DNA of 64,000 nt from Candidatus Altiarchaeota archaeon (GTDB lineage: Archaea > Altiarchaeota > Altiarchaeia > IMC4 > SCGC-AAA252-I15). The notes below the pieces were generated by a model. The model did no database searches, was not told the origin of the DNA, and worked only from the letters and a program-made list of their open reading frames with translations. Shown here one piece after another: positions 28,759-37,952 of this stretch (its first letter is position 1; the number at the start of each line of letters is the position of its first letter). The DNA lies in assembly GCA_043800255.1 (NCBI GenBank), contig JAZDNF010000008.1, forward strand, positions 32,001 to 96,000. Direction: 5' to 3'. A program made the position numbers and the translations under genes.

Positions 28759-30887
28759 CTCTCTTTTTCTTCTTCGTTAAACGAGCTTTTTACCTGCTTT
28801 AATGCCTGCTGGAAGTGTTTCATGGTGACTTTCCTTGAAGTCGGCTTGTCTTTGCTTTGGCCTATTGACTCGCGTATGGCGTTCATCCCAGCTTCCCTAC
28901 ATACTGCGGAGATGTCTGCTCCGTTATAGTTTTCAGTCGCGTTCACCATTTCATCTAGTTTTATGTCTGAGTCAAGATTCATCTTTTTCATGTGCACTTT
29001 AAAAATCTTTTCGCGGCTTATCTTGTCTGGGAAGGGGACGTAGATAATCTTGTCCAATCTTCCGGGGCGCATCAACGCTTCATCCAAAAGATCCGGCCTG
29101 TTTGTAGAGCCTATTATCATGACGTCCTTAAGCTCTGATACTCCATCTATTTCGGTTAATATTTGAGCGACGACTTTTTCGTTCACGTCGCTTCCGAAGC
29201 TTTCACCTCTTTTCGGGATTAGGGCGTCCAGTTCATCGAAGAATATGATTGCTGGAGCAACTTGTCTTGCCCTGCTGAATACCTTCCGTACTCCTCGCTC
29301 AGACTCTCCCACGTACTTGTTCAATAGTTCCGGGCCTTTTATTGATATGAAGTTTACTCCGGATTCTTTTGCAATGGCTTTAGCGAGCATGGTTTTTCCG
29401 CAACCTGGCGGCCCGTATATCAGCACACCTTTAGGCGGCGCTACTCCAGTCTCCTTGAACATGCTGCTGTATTTGATAGGCCATTCAATGCTTTCCTTGA
29501 GTTGTCCTTTGACTTTTTCAAGTCCGCCTATATCGTCCCAGGTTACGTTGGGTATTTCAACTGAGACTTCACGCATGGCTGATGGTTCCACCCTGCTCAT
29601 GCCCTCATGGAAGTCTTCTCCAGTAATCTTTATTTTGTTTAGTATGTCCGTTGAAAGCTTCATATCTTTCGCCTTCTTTATATCCGGCATCAGTTTCCTC
29701 AACGCTTTCATGGCTGCTTCCTTGCAGAGTGCTTCAAGGTCCGCTCCAGTGTAGCCGTAAGTTATGTCTGCAAGGTGGTCAAGATTCACGTCTTTAGCTA
29801 GAGGCATGCCTCTTGTATGAATCTGCAAAACTTCCTTCCTACCGTTCCGGTCTGGAACCCCAATCTCAATCTCTCTGTCGAACCTACCCGGCCTTCTAAG
29901 GGCAGGGTCTATTGAGTCCGGCCTGTTGGTTGCTGCAATCACTACAACTTCTCCTCTCGACTGGAGACCGTCCATAAGCGTTAAGAGCTGGCTTACGATT
30001 CTTTTTTCAACTTCGCCATGGACTTCCTCACGGCTGGGTGCTATAGCGTCAATCTCGTCAATGAATATTATCGCGGGAGTGTGTTCTTGCGCATTCTTGA
30101 ATACTTCCCGCAAGTTTTCCTCACTTTGACCGTAGTATTTGCTCATAATTTCCGGGCCGTTCAGTGATATAAATTGAGCGTCGGTTTCGCTTGCAACCGC
30201 TTTTGCAAGAAGGGTTTTTCCGGTTCCGGGAGGCCCGTATAACATGACTCCTTTCGGCGGTTTTATTCCTAGCTTTTGGAAGACTTCAGGATGTTTTATC
30301 GGAGTTTCAATCATTTCTCTTATCGCGTCTATCTCATCTTTGAGCCCGCCGATGTCCTCATACCTTATTCCAGGAGACAGTTCAGTAGTCTTCACCGGAT
30401 TTTTGGATATCCTGATTTCAGTGTCGGGGGTTACAATGACTATCCCTTTTGGCTTGATGCGGGTAACCATCAACGGGAGTTGAACTCCCATGACATCTAC
30501 AACGACAACATGTCCTTGCATGAAGGGCATATTCATTAACTTCTCCTGCAGGTATATTGGAAGATCATCTCCAAACTCTATGGGCTGAAAGGGACTGAAT
30601 TGTATCTCACTCGCCTTACTGTAGTCGACTTTTTCTACTTTGACCTCTTCGTCAATGCTTGCGCCAGCATTGTGCCTTATTATCCCATCAAGCCGTATAC
30701 TACCCCGCCCCTCATCTTCCATCTGCCCGGGCCAGGCTCTTGCAGAAGCTTTCTTTTTACCTTCTATGACAAGTATATCCCCCGGTGAAAGCTTCATCTT
30801 TCTGAATACTACAGGGTCTATCCTTGCAATACCCCCACCCACTTCGTTTACCCTAGCCTCCTTGACTTTTAAAATCGCGTCTTTCAT
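28719..30887 (-). CDS. cdc48: CDC48/VAT AAA+ ATPase
   Basis: N-domain, two AAA modules ([16 protein letters not shown]), RRPGRFDRE. Confidence 0.95.
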   Translation of the reverse strand: MKDAILKVKEARVNEVGGGIARIDPVVFRKMKLSPGDILVIEGKKKASARAWPGQMEDEGRGSIRLDGIIRHNAGASIDEEVKVEKVDYSKASEIQFSPFQPIEFGDDLPIYLQEKLMNMPFMQGHVVVVDVMGVQLPLMVTRIKPKGIVIVTPDTEIRISKNPVKTTELSPGIRYEDIGGLKDEIDAIREMIETPIKHPEVFQKLGIKPPKGVMLYGPPGTGKTLLAKAVASETDAQFISLNGPEIMSKYYGQSEENLREVFKNAQEHTPAIIFIDEIDAIAPSREEVHGEVEKRIVSQLLTLMDGLQSRGEVVVIAATNRPDSIDPALRRPGRFDREIEIGVPDRNGRKEVLQIHTRGMPLAKDVNLDHLADITYGYTGADLEALCKEAAMKALRKLMPDIKKAKDMKLSTDILNKIKITGEDFHEGMSRVEPSAMREVSVEIPNVTWDDIGGLEKVKGQLKESIEWPIKYSSMFKETGVAPPKGVLIYGPPGCGKTMLAKAIAKESGVNFISIKGPELLNKYVGESERGVRKVFSRARQVAPAIIFFDELDALIPKRGESFGSDVNEKVVAQILTEIDGVSELKDVMIIGSTNRPDLLDEALMRPGRLDKIIYVPFPDKISREKIFKVHMKKMNLDSDIKLDEMVNATENYNGADISAVCREAGMNAIRESIGQSKDKPTSRKVTMKHFQQALKQVKSSFNEEEKERWNVLSEKVGERG

Positions 30888-31198
30888 TCTACCCTCTCTC
30901 TGGATCTCCATCCACAATGTCTTTCACATAGACGGTCATACCATCAATAAAGGAAATGCAAACTACTTGGGAAGGATATTAGAATACAACAATAAATCCA
31001 CTGTTTTGGCTTAGTCAAGGAAGATAGAACGCAACGCGGCTTAGAGTAGGTAAAAGTAGTGAACATCACAACACAATAAGCAAAGTGAGTGGGCTAAGTG
31101 CTCTGACACATCAACTGGAGGATAAGGTTCGAAGTTACAGTGTTAGAGTTCAAGTCCCTAAGGGCTCTGAAAAAACACGAATCAAAAGGATGCTCAGT

Positions 31199-31231
31199 GC
31201 GGCTAAGCGAGCGTTAGCGAGCGCATGCCGC
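31199..31231 (+). repeat. TAAGCGA...GAGCGCAT hairpin module (also at 3090-3125 and 10311-10347)
   Basis: Invariant core with covarying stems across three tRNA loci. Confidence 0.8.
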
Positions 31232-31259
31232 TCCCTGGCGTAAACGGACAGTGTCGGTT

Positions 31260-31444
31260 TGCCGAAGGCGGGACTCGAACCCGCGACCTCCAGATAACTC
31301 AGCGTTATCGTGAAATCTTCCCTAGCCTTTGGCTACGGTGCCCGGCCCCAAAATTTTTTCTTTGGGGGTGAAGCACCTTTCTTTTCATAAAAGAAAGGGG
31401 CTCGCTTATGAGTCTGGCACTCTGCGCTACTGAGCTACTTCGGC
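31260..31444 (-). tRNA. tRNA-Met(CAT), elongator type, with 111-nt intron at 37/38 (31296-31406)
   Basis: GCCGAAG/CTTCGGC acceptor, CCAGA/TCTGG stem, GGTTCGAGTCC, perfect BHB; D-loop lacks GG. Confidence 0.9.
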
Positions 31445-31470
31445 GTAACTGGAAATCCAGTTAGCAGATT

Positions 31471-31749
31471 GTACTGTCTTCGGCTCCGGCCTCGACAGTA
31501 CTGAATAATATTATCTTGACGTATTATATTTCTTTTCCATCAACGCTTTTCTTTCCTAAAGAAAAGGGTTGCTGGATTCAATATTATGGGCGTTAGAGTA
31601 TATTAATTTTCTTTTTCGCCAACGCAAACGAGACTTTGTCTCGTTGCGCACGAAGACGCTAGTCTTCGTTGCGTTTTTCTTTTCCCTAAGGAGCGAAGCT
31701 CCTTGGGCGCAGGGAACGAAGTTCCCTCGCGTCTAAAAGAAAAAGGTTG
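31471..31749. repeat. Cluster of T-rich/A-rich hairpin elements with nested double hairpins upstream of tRNA-Met
   Basis: Simple copy at 31541-31571; interrupted copy at 31620-31749; hairpin at 31471-31501. Confidence 0.8.
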
Positions 31750-31788
31750 TTAGGGGTTAAATAGGGGTCGGTTGTAATAGTCTCTTGT

Positions 31789-33576
31789 ATGGTGAAGCCC
31801 AATCTCCTGTTTGAGGTCTCCTATGAGGTTTGTAACAAGGTTGGCGGCATTTACGCTCTGCTGAGGTCTAAGGCCCCGTATGTGCTGAGAGAGTACGGAG
31901 ACGATTATGTTATGGTGGGGCCGTACGTTCAGAACAATGCTGCCGTTGAATTTGAGGAGCAGATGACTCCTGAAGAGCTTTCTGATGTTGTTGATGACCT
32001 CCTCAAGCTGGGGATAAAATGCCACTATGGGAGGTGGCAGATGGACGGGAAGCCTAAGGCGATACTGGTAGACCACAGCGGCTACATGCATGAGGCTGAT
32101 GATATTAAGGCCGGCTTGTGGGAGTACGCTCAGGTCGACTCGTTGAATGCTGACAACTGGTTCACTGACCCACTGGTGTGGTCTACTACAGTTGGGATGC
32201 TGTTGGAGAGGATCGTCAAAAAGAGGAAATGCAAATGCAGGTGCATCGCCCACTTCCACGAGTGGCTTACTGGTGGGGCGCTGCTGAAGCTCAAACAGGA
32301 CAAGTCGGAGATTTCAACGGTGTTCACGACGCATGCTACGGTATTGGGGCGGGCGCTGGCTGAAGCAGGGGAGCCGCTGTACAGTATAATAGGGAGGGGA
32401 GAGGACGGCCAGAAGAACATCGACCTAGCAAAGTGGTATAATGTGCTCCCGAAGCATACGATGGAGGTCGCATGCGCAAAACACGCTGACGTTTTCACCA
32501 CCGTGAGCGAGGTGACGGCGAAGGAGGCTGCGTATTTTTTAGACCGGACGCCTGACCATCTGCTGTTGAATGGCATAGACTTGTACAGGTACCCGCCATT
32601 GGACGAGCTGGTCGTACAGAGGAGGTCCAAGAGGAGGCAGATGAGGGACTTTCTCACGTCATACTTCAGCAGATACTATCACATGGATTTCTACAACATC
32701 AGGAGCATGTTCATCTCTGGGAGATATGAATTCAGGAACAAGGGGATAGACCTGTTCATAGACTCCCTCGGCATGCTCAACAGGAGGATGAAGAAGGAAA
32801 AGACAGGGAAGAATGTCGTAGCATTCCTCTGGATTCCGTCCAACGTCAAAGGGGAGGACTTCCAAGTATTGAAGAACAAGTCCCTCTATGAGGAGATGAA
32901 AGACCACATCGAGGAACTGTGGCCTGACATAGAGGACAGGATGACCCATGTGCTGACCGACGGCGACATGCCTAAGAGCGTCTTAGACGACGAGGACAAG
33001 CAGAAGCTGAGAAAGCTGGCTCAACATTTCGTCGAAAAGAGGGGTGAGACGCCGCCGCTGTGCGCCTTCGAGCTAGCCTATCCGAAGGAGCAGGACACTA
33101 TAATGCAGGCCCTCTGGAAGAACGAACTGTTGAACAGGGAGGAGGACAAGGTCAAAGTGATATACTACCCATCCTATCTGTCAACGACCGACAGGCTCAT
33201 ATCGTTGGACTATGGGGACGCAACGCTCACCTGTGATGTCGGAGTCTTCCCATCCTACTATGAGCCTTGGGGTTACACGCCGCTTGAGACCGCGGCGCAG
33301 GGGAGCCTGGCGATAACGACAGACTGCGCAGGCTTCGGCAAGTTCGTCGAAGGCAAGGGGAAGGGCATATACGTTCTGAAGAGGTGTAATAGAACGTGGG
33401 AGAACATGGTCAAAGACCTCTCGGAGAAGCTGTTCGAGATAGTCACTCTCTCGAGGGAGGAGATGGTGGAGAGGCGCGCTAACGCGCGGGAGCTGGCTGC
33501 ACTGGCAGACTGGAAGGAACTGGTTAAAGGATACTTCAAAGCATATGAGACGCTGGCAGGCCAAAAAGTCAGATGA
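31789..33576 (+). CDS. Glycogen synthase, GT3 family
   Basis: FEVSYEVCNKVGGIY, HFHEW, FTTHAT.LGR, GRYEFRNKG, PSYYEPWGYTP.E. Confidence 0.93.
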   Translation: MVKPNLLFEVSYEVCNKVGGIYALLRSKAPYVLREYGDDYVMVGPYVQNNAAVEFEEQMTPEELSDVVDDLLKLGIKCHYGRWQMDGKPKAILVDHSGYMHEADDIKAGLWEYAQVDSLNADNWFTDPLVWSTTVGMLLERIVKKRKCKCRCIAHFHEWLTGGALLKLKQDKSEISTVFTTHATVLGRALAEAGEPLYSIIGRGEDGQKNIDLAKWYNVLPKHTMEVACAKHADVFTTVSEVTAKEAAYFLDRTPDHLLLNGIDLYRYPPLDELVVQRRSKRRQMRDFLTSYFSRYYHMDFYNIRSMFISGRYEFRNKGIDLFIDSLGMLNRRMKKEKTGKNVVAFLWIPSNVKGEDFQVLKNKSLYEEMKDHIEELWPDIEDRMTHVLTDGDMPKSVLDDEDKQKLRKLAQHFVEKRGETPPLCAFELAYPKEQDTIMQALWKNELLNREEDKVKVIYYPSYLSTTDRLISLDYGDATLTCDVGVFPSYYEPWGYTPLETAAQGSLAITTDCAGFGKFVEGKGKGIYVLKRCNRTWENMVKDLSEKLFEIVTLSREEMVERRANARELAALADWKELVKGYFKAYETLAGQKVR

Positions 33577-33577
33577 A

Positions 33578-35452
33578 CTATTTCTCATATGGAGGGCGCC
33601 TGCCAAGGGCATCCTCCAGGTAGGCTCTCAACGGCTCAGCAACACTCCACGCCTGCGATATGCAGCCTCTCGGAAGGTGAGGCGCATCCCCGTCGAATAT
33701 CTCATTGATCGAGCCTAAGGCTCCAACCGATAGGGCACGGTCGAAGAAATCCTCTAAGAGTTTCCGGGCCCTCCTGGAAGCGGCTTTTCCGCCGTACCTG
33801 ACGGATGCTCTCACATAGGGCCCGAGAAGCCAGGGCCAGACTGTCCCATTATGGTATGCCTCTTCCCTCTGCCGGACGCCTCCAGAGTATGAGCCACAAT
33901 AGCTGGAATCATCAGAGGATAGCGTCCTCAACCCGAAAGGAGTCAGGAGTCGTTTCTCAACAGCGGAGAGTATGGATTTAGCTCTCGACTTGTCAACGCA
34001 GGTGTAATCGAGGGACAATGCCATCAGCTGGTTAGGCCTGAACGAGTCAACGCCGATGCAGTCCATAAGATGACTGCCATTCCAGTACTCTCTCAGAAAA
34101 GTTGACTCGAAATCTCCTATAATCTCTGCAGTTGGGAGGGTATTGTCAAGTTGGGCCAGAGTCGAGAATTTCTCAAACGCTTTGAGCGCATTATACCAGA
34201 GAGCCTGGACTTCGACAGCATCATCCCGTCTGAGAGTGTCCATCCAGGTTCCACTGTCATGCATTATGAGGCCGTTTTCGGATATGCTGCTGTAGTATTG
34301 CATGAGGTCAGACAGCCGAGCCCAGTGTTTCCTCAATAGTTCCCTCCCCATATCAGGGCCTGCGTATTTTATGTACTGCATGATGCTGTCAAAAAGCCAC
34401 AAGCTTGAATCATAGTCCCTGTAGACGGGAGTTCCGGACTCGGATTCGGTCATAATCCTGCCGTCATGAACTCTGCCGAGAAAATGCTCTAATATGAGCC
34501 TGGCATCATCTATCCTGCCCCTCACGAGCGTCAGACCAGGCAAGCTTATCATCGCATCCCTTCCCCACTCCCCAAACCAGTGGTAGCCTGCGACCACCGT
34601 CATCCTGCTGCCAGCATCTATGACAAAAGAGTCGGCAGCGGAGCCGAGAACGTCTAACACACTCTCCTTGGTTCTCTTCCCAGGCTGGCCGTATGCCAGC
34701 TTACTCTCCAGACCATCCAAGCCAACAGCAATGACATAGGAGCATGTACTGTCCGGGCTGACATCAGCAGAGTAAGTGAAAGGTATGAGAGACTCGTCGA
34801 CTGCAGGATAGCCTCTCCCCGCCTCCTGCCGGTAGTAGATGTTCCTCATCCAAAGGTTGAGGGAGTTGAAGTCACCCTCAGACGCCCGGAACATGAGCTT
34901 ATGCCCTCCAACCGAGACTGATGCGTTCATCCCATCAGCATTCACTTCAAAATTTTTCTCGCCCTCACGCAAAAGCTCATGGATGCTGCGGAAGCTGATG
35001 TGGGGGGAGACGACATGCCTTATGCGCTCCCCAGACCTGTTACTTAGAGCGTAAGAGACCATGATCTCGTTCTTTCCTGAAGCGATTTTTACCCTCTTAT
35101 CCAGCCTGAAGCCGTCACCCTCATACGTGAAGATGACGTAATCCCTGCCTTTCTCGAATCCGACGAGCTTTTCAAGGCCGGGAGAGACAATACTGCCGCC
35201 GAATTCGACGCAATGGAGTTCGACTCTCTGTGAGCCGACGTATAATGCATCCTCCATCTTCTGCAGGCACACCATCCTCCTCAAGTTCTCAAGCGACGAG
35301 ACCAGCAGCCCATGATACTTCCGCGTGTTCAGCTCCATAACGGTCGAAGAAGAGTAGCCGCCTATGCCGTTGGAAAGAAGCCACTCCAGCTCGGAAGCCG
35401 CTGGAAAACCAAGAGCATTGGGTTTGACCCGCATTCCACAGTCCACGGACAA
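33578..35452 (-). CDS. Amylo-alpha-1,6-glucosidase (glycogen debranching enzyme)
   Basis: EWLLSNGIGGY, TRKYHGLL, AGYHWFGEWGRD, RPNQ, YHNGTVWPWL, QAWSVAE. Confidence 0.93.
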   Translation of the reverse strand: MSVDCGMRVKPNALGFPAASELEWLLSNGIGGYSSSTVMELNTRKYHGLLVSSLENLRRMVCLQKMEDALYVGSQRVELHCVEFGGSIVSPGLEKLVGFEKGRDYVIFTYEGDGFRLDKRVKIASGKNEIMVSYALSNRSGERIRHVVSPHISFRSIHELLREGEKNFEVNADGMNASVSVGGHKLMFRASEGDFNSLNLWMRNIYYRQEAGRGYPAVDESLIPFTYSADVSPDSTCSYVIAVGLDGLESKLAYGQPGKRTKESVLDVLGSAADSFVIDAGSRMTVVAGYHWFGEWGRDAMISLPGLTLVRGRIDDARLILEHFLGRVHDGRIMTESESGTPVYRDYDSSLWLFDSIMQYIKYAGPDMGRELLRKHWARLSDLMQYYSSISENGLIMHDSGTWMDTLRRDDAVEVQALWYNALKAFEKFSTLAQLDNTLPTAEIIGDFESTFLREYWNGSHLMDCIGVDSFRPNQLMALSLDYTCVDKSRAKSILSAVEKRLLTPFGLRTLSSDDSSYCGSYSGGVRQREEAYHNGTVWPWLLGPYVRASVRYGGKAASRRARKLLEDFFDRALSVGALGSINEIFDGDAPHLPRGCISQAWSVAEPLRAYLEDALGRRPPYEK

Positions 35453-35508
35453 ATATTAAACTTTTATACCTATAATGACATAATAGGAAAATAGACCGGC
35501 CTGACAAG

Positions 35509-36657
35509 ATGATACCAAAGGACGATAAGACGCTGAAGCTCCTTCTGATCGGGCTCGCATCCGCTGCCATAGTACTGAGGAAAATGCCGCTGGCCGCTCT
35601 CTCGCTCGCCATGCTCGGCATACTGTTACTTTCAGAGCGGGCATCCCATCCCATCACAGTGAGAAAGGTGAAGTACAACAAAGACACCGGCAGATTCGAA
35701 GTCTTCGTCGAGAACAAGGGATCAAAGCCTCTGACCGTGAACTATGCGATACGCTCAGTCCAGCCGGAGTATGCTGAAAGCGTCGGCCTCACAGATGAGG
35801 ATGGAATCGAGTTCCTGAGAGGCAGCAGCGGAGGCTACAGGGAGAACTTCTCGCTGATTTCCGCGGAATTCCCAGGCAAGACTCTTGGAGCATGCCAGGC
35901 GGAGCTGATCGAAGCTGCTAGGATGGCACCAGAGGACGGCTGGGACCCAGCGCTCCAGAAGACCGTCCGAATCACGGCAGCATACACCGGAGAGGACATG
36001 GACGCTGTTAGGAAGCTTGAACTCACGGTCCCCGTCGAAGTGTCAGAGAACCACCCTTACCTGAGGAAGGTCGGGGCTGAGAGAGAGTTCGTACTATCGG
36101 ATGGATATGGTGTGGCAGGCAGGGCAGCATCATTGGAGGCCCTGGCAGACCACGTCAGAGGGAAGTCCAGCCATGTTTTGGCACACGTCAGGAACGAGGA
36201 CATACAGCGCTGGGTGATGAACGTCGTGGGCGACAGCGAACTGTCAGACAGGATTTCAAAGATTACCAGCCTGCCTGACGAGCAAATATTGGACACGCTC
36301 GAGGAAACCCTCAGGGAGAGGATTCTTGAACTGAGATACGGTCATCTCGTGGAGAAGCACCCGCTCCTGGCTGATGTTGAGCCATGGCATGCCTTTCACA
36401 TGAAATCAGACCACGAGAATATCATAGGAGTCTGCAGGAGCCTGTCCTCCCTTTTGGAGCTTATTAGAGCATCACCAGAAGAGTGCGTCGGATTCCACCT
36501 CAGAGGGGATAATGACTTCTCAAAGTGGGTGGCGAACACAGTAGGCGACCTGAAACTGTCCGATAGGATAGACGTAATAGACGCCTCAGACATGAGGTAT
36601 GCGAAGCTTAAGCTGATAAGCCTGCTAGAGGAGAGGATACGGGAGCTGGAAGGCTGA
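35509..36657 (+). CDS. Membrane-anchored protein with two DUF5752-like repeats
   Basis: N-terminal TM; repeated H....ND(F/I)..WV...VGD..LSDRI units. Confidence 0.65.
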   Translation: MIPKDDKTLKLLLIGLASAAIVLRKMPLAALSLAMLGILLLSERASHPITVRKVKYNKDTGRFEVFVENKGSKPLTVNYAIRSVQPEYAESVGLTDEDGIEFLRGSSGGYRENFSLISAEFPGKTLGACQAELIEAARMAPEDGWDPALQKTVRITAAYTGEDMDAVRKLELTVPVEVSENHPYLRKVGAEREFVLSDGYGVAGRAASLEALADHVRGKSSHVLAHVRNEDIQRWVMNVVGDSELSDRISKITSLPDEQILDTLEETLRERILELRYGHLVEKHPLLADVEPWHAFHMKSDHENIIGVCRSLSSLLELIRASPEECVGFHLRGDNDFSKWVANTVGDLKLSDRIDVIDASDMRYAKLKLISLLEERIRELEG

Positions 36658-36698
36658 CTTCTGATTTTTAAAAGCATTTGAACAAATAGGGTATTCCA

Positions 36699-37952
36699 AT
36701 GACTGCAGTCTGCTTTTACTTTCAGGTGCACCAGCCGTTCAGGACCACCTGGTTCTGGCCTGACAACGGCATAGACTATAAGGGAAAGCTGGAGGACCTG
36801 TACTTTGACACCAAACTCAATGAGTTCACCTTCAGGAAGGTCGCCGGCAAATGCTACCACAGGGCCAACGACATAATACTGTCGCAGATCGACAGGTTCA
36901 AGGGAGGTAAGAGAAAGTTCAAGGTCAGCTTCTCGCTGTCAGGCACGTTCCTCGACCAGTGCGAACGCTGGGATAAGGACCTGATGGAAAAATTCAGGCA
37001 GATGGCAGACTCCGGGTGCGTTGAATTCCTCGGCGAAACCTACTACCACTCGCTTGCAGGCTTGTACGAGGACAAGGAGGAGTTCACAGACCAGGTCGAA
37101 CAGCACAGGCAGGCGATGAAGGACCTCCTAGGCATGAAGCCGGAAGTCTTCAGGAACACGGAATTACTGTACCATGACGGCATCGGCGAAACGATAGAGA
37201 GGATGGGCTTCAAGGCCACCATGACCGAGGGGACGGAGCGCATACTTGAAGGCTGGAAGAGCCCCAACTACGTGTACAGGAGGAGGGGGGGAGACATCAG
37301 GATACTATTAAGGAACTATAAGCTGTCAGACGACGTCGGATACAGGTTCTCGTCCAAGTGGTGGGAGGAGTATCCGCTGACGGCTGACAAATATTCCGCA
37401 TGGCTCTCATCATCGCCGGGCGACACGATAAACATCTTCATGGACTATGAGACCTTCGGAGAGCACCAGTGGGAGGACACCGGCATATTCTGGTTTTTAG
37501 GGGCAATACCGCAGGAAGTACTCAAGTGGGAGAACCTCGAGTTCTCAACACCGTCTGAAGTTGTCAGAAAGCACGCCCCGAGAGGGGAGATAACAGTCCC
37601 CTACTATGAGACGGTCTCCTGGGCTGACATAGAACGCGACCCCAGCGCATGGTTGGGCAACCACATGCAACATCTGAACTTCAGCCAGATGAAGAGGCTC
37701 GGAAAGCTGGTCAAAGAGTCCGGCAACGAGGAGTTCATCAGAATATGGAAGTACCTGCAGACCGGCGACCACTTCTATTACATGTGCACCAAGTGGCTGG
37801 CAGACGGCGACGTGCACAAGTACTTCAGCCACCACGGCAACCCCTACGACGCAGGCATAAACTATCTGGCCATACTCTCAGACCTTAAGGAGAGGGTTCT
37901 GAGATATATGCTCGAAAACGGCGGAAAGGCTAAGCCGAGAAGAAAAAATTAG
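36699..37952 (+). CDS. GH57 alpha-amylase
   Basis: FQVHQP, ETYYHSL, FRNTEL, LSDD.GYRFS, MDYETFGEH, DHFYYM. Confidence 0.93.
   Translation: MTAVCFYFQVHQPFRTTWFWPDNGIDYKGKLEDLYFDTKLNEFTFRKVAGKCYHRANDIILSQIDRFKGGKRKFKVSFSLSGTFLDQCERWDKDLMEKFRQMADSGCVEFLGETYYHSLAGLYEDKEEFTDQVEQHRQAMKDLLGMKPEVFRNTELLYHDGIGETIERMGFKATMTEGTERILEGWKSPNYVYRRRGGDIRILLRNYKLSDDVGYRFSSKWWEEYPLTADKYSAWLSSSPGDTINIFMDYETFGEHQWEDTGIFWFLGAIPQEVLKWENLEFSTPSEVVRKHAPRGEITVPYYETVSWADIERDPSAWLGNHMQHLNFSQMKRLGKLVKESGNEEFIRIWKYLQTGDHFYYMCTKWLADGDVHKYFSHHGNPYDAGINYLAILSDLKERVLRYMLENGGKAKPRRKN

Larger units (their letters stand above)
26685..31273 (-). mobile_element. Integrase-less genomic islet at tRNA-Met 3' end
   Basis: TTGCCGAAGGYGGGA direct repeat (14/15) at 26685-26699 and 31259-31273; interior visibly AT-richer. 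Confidence 0.6.

Noticed and set aside
28719-30900. 11/12 direct repeat CTAYCCTCTCTC flanking cdc48
   Set aside because: Both copies are purine-rich SD-like sequences on the coding strand; convergence is a sufficient explanation
31478-31484. 7-nt copy of tRNA-Met 5' end (GCCGAAG)
   Set aside because: Too short to distinguish from chance
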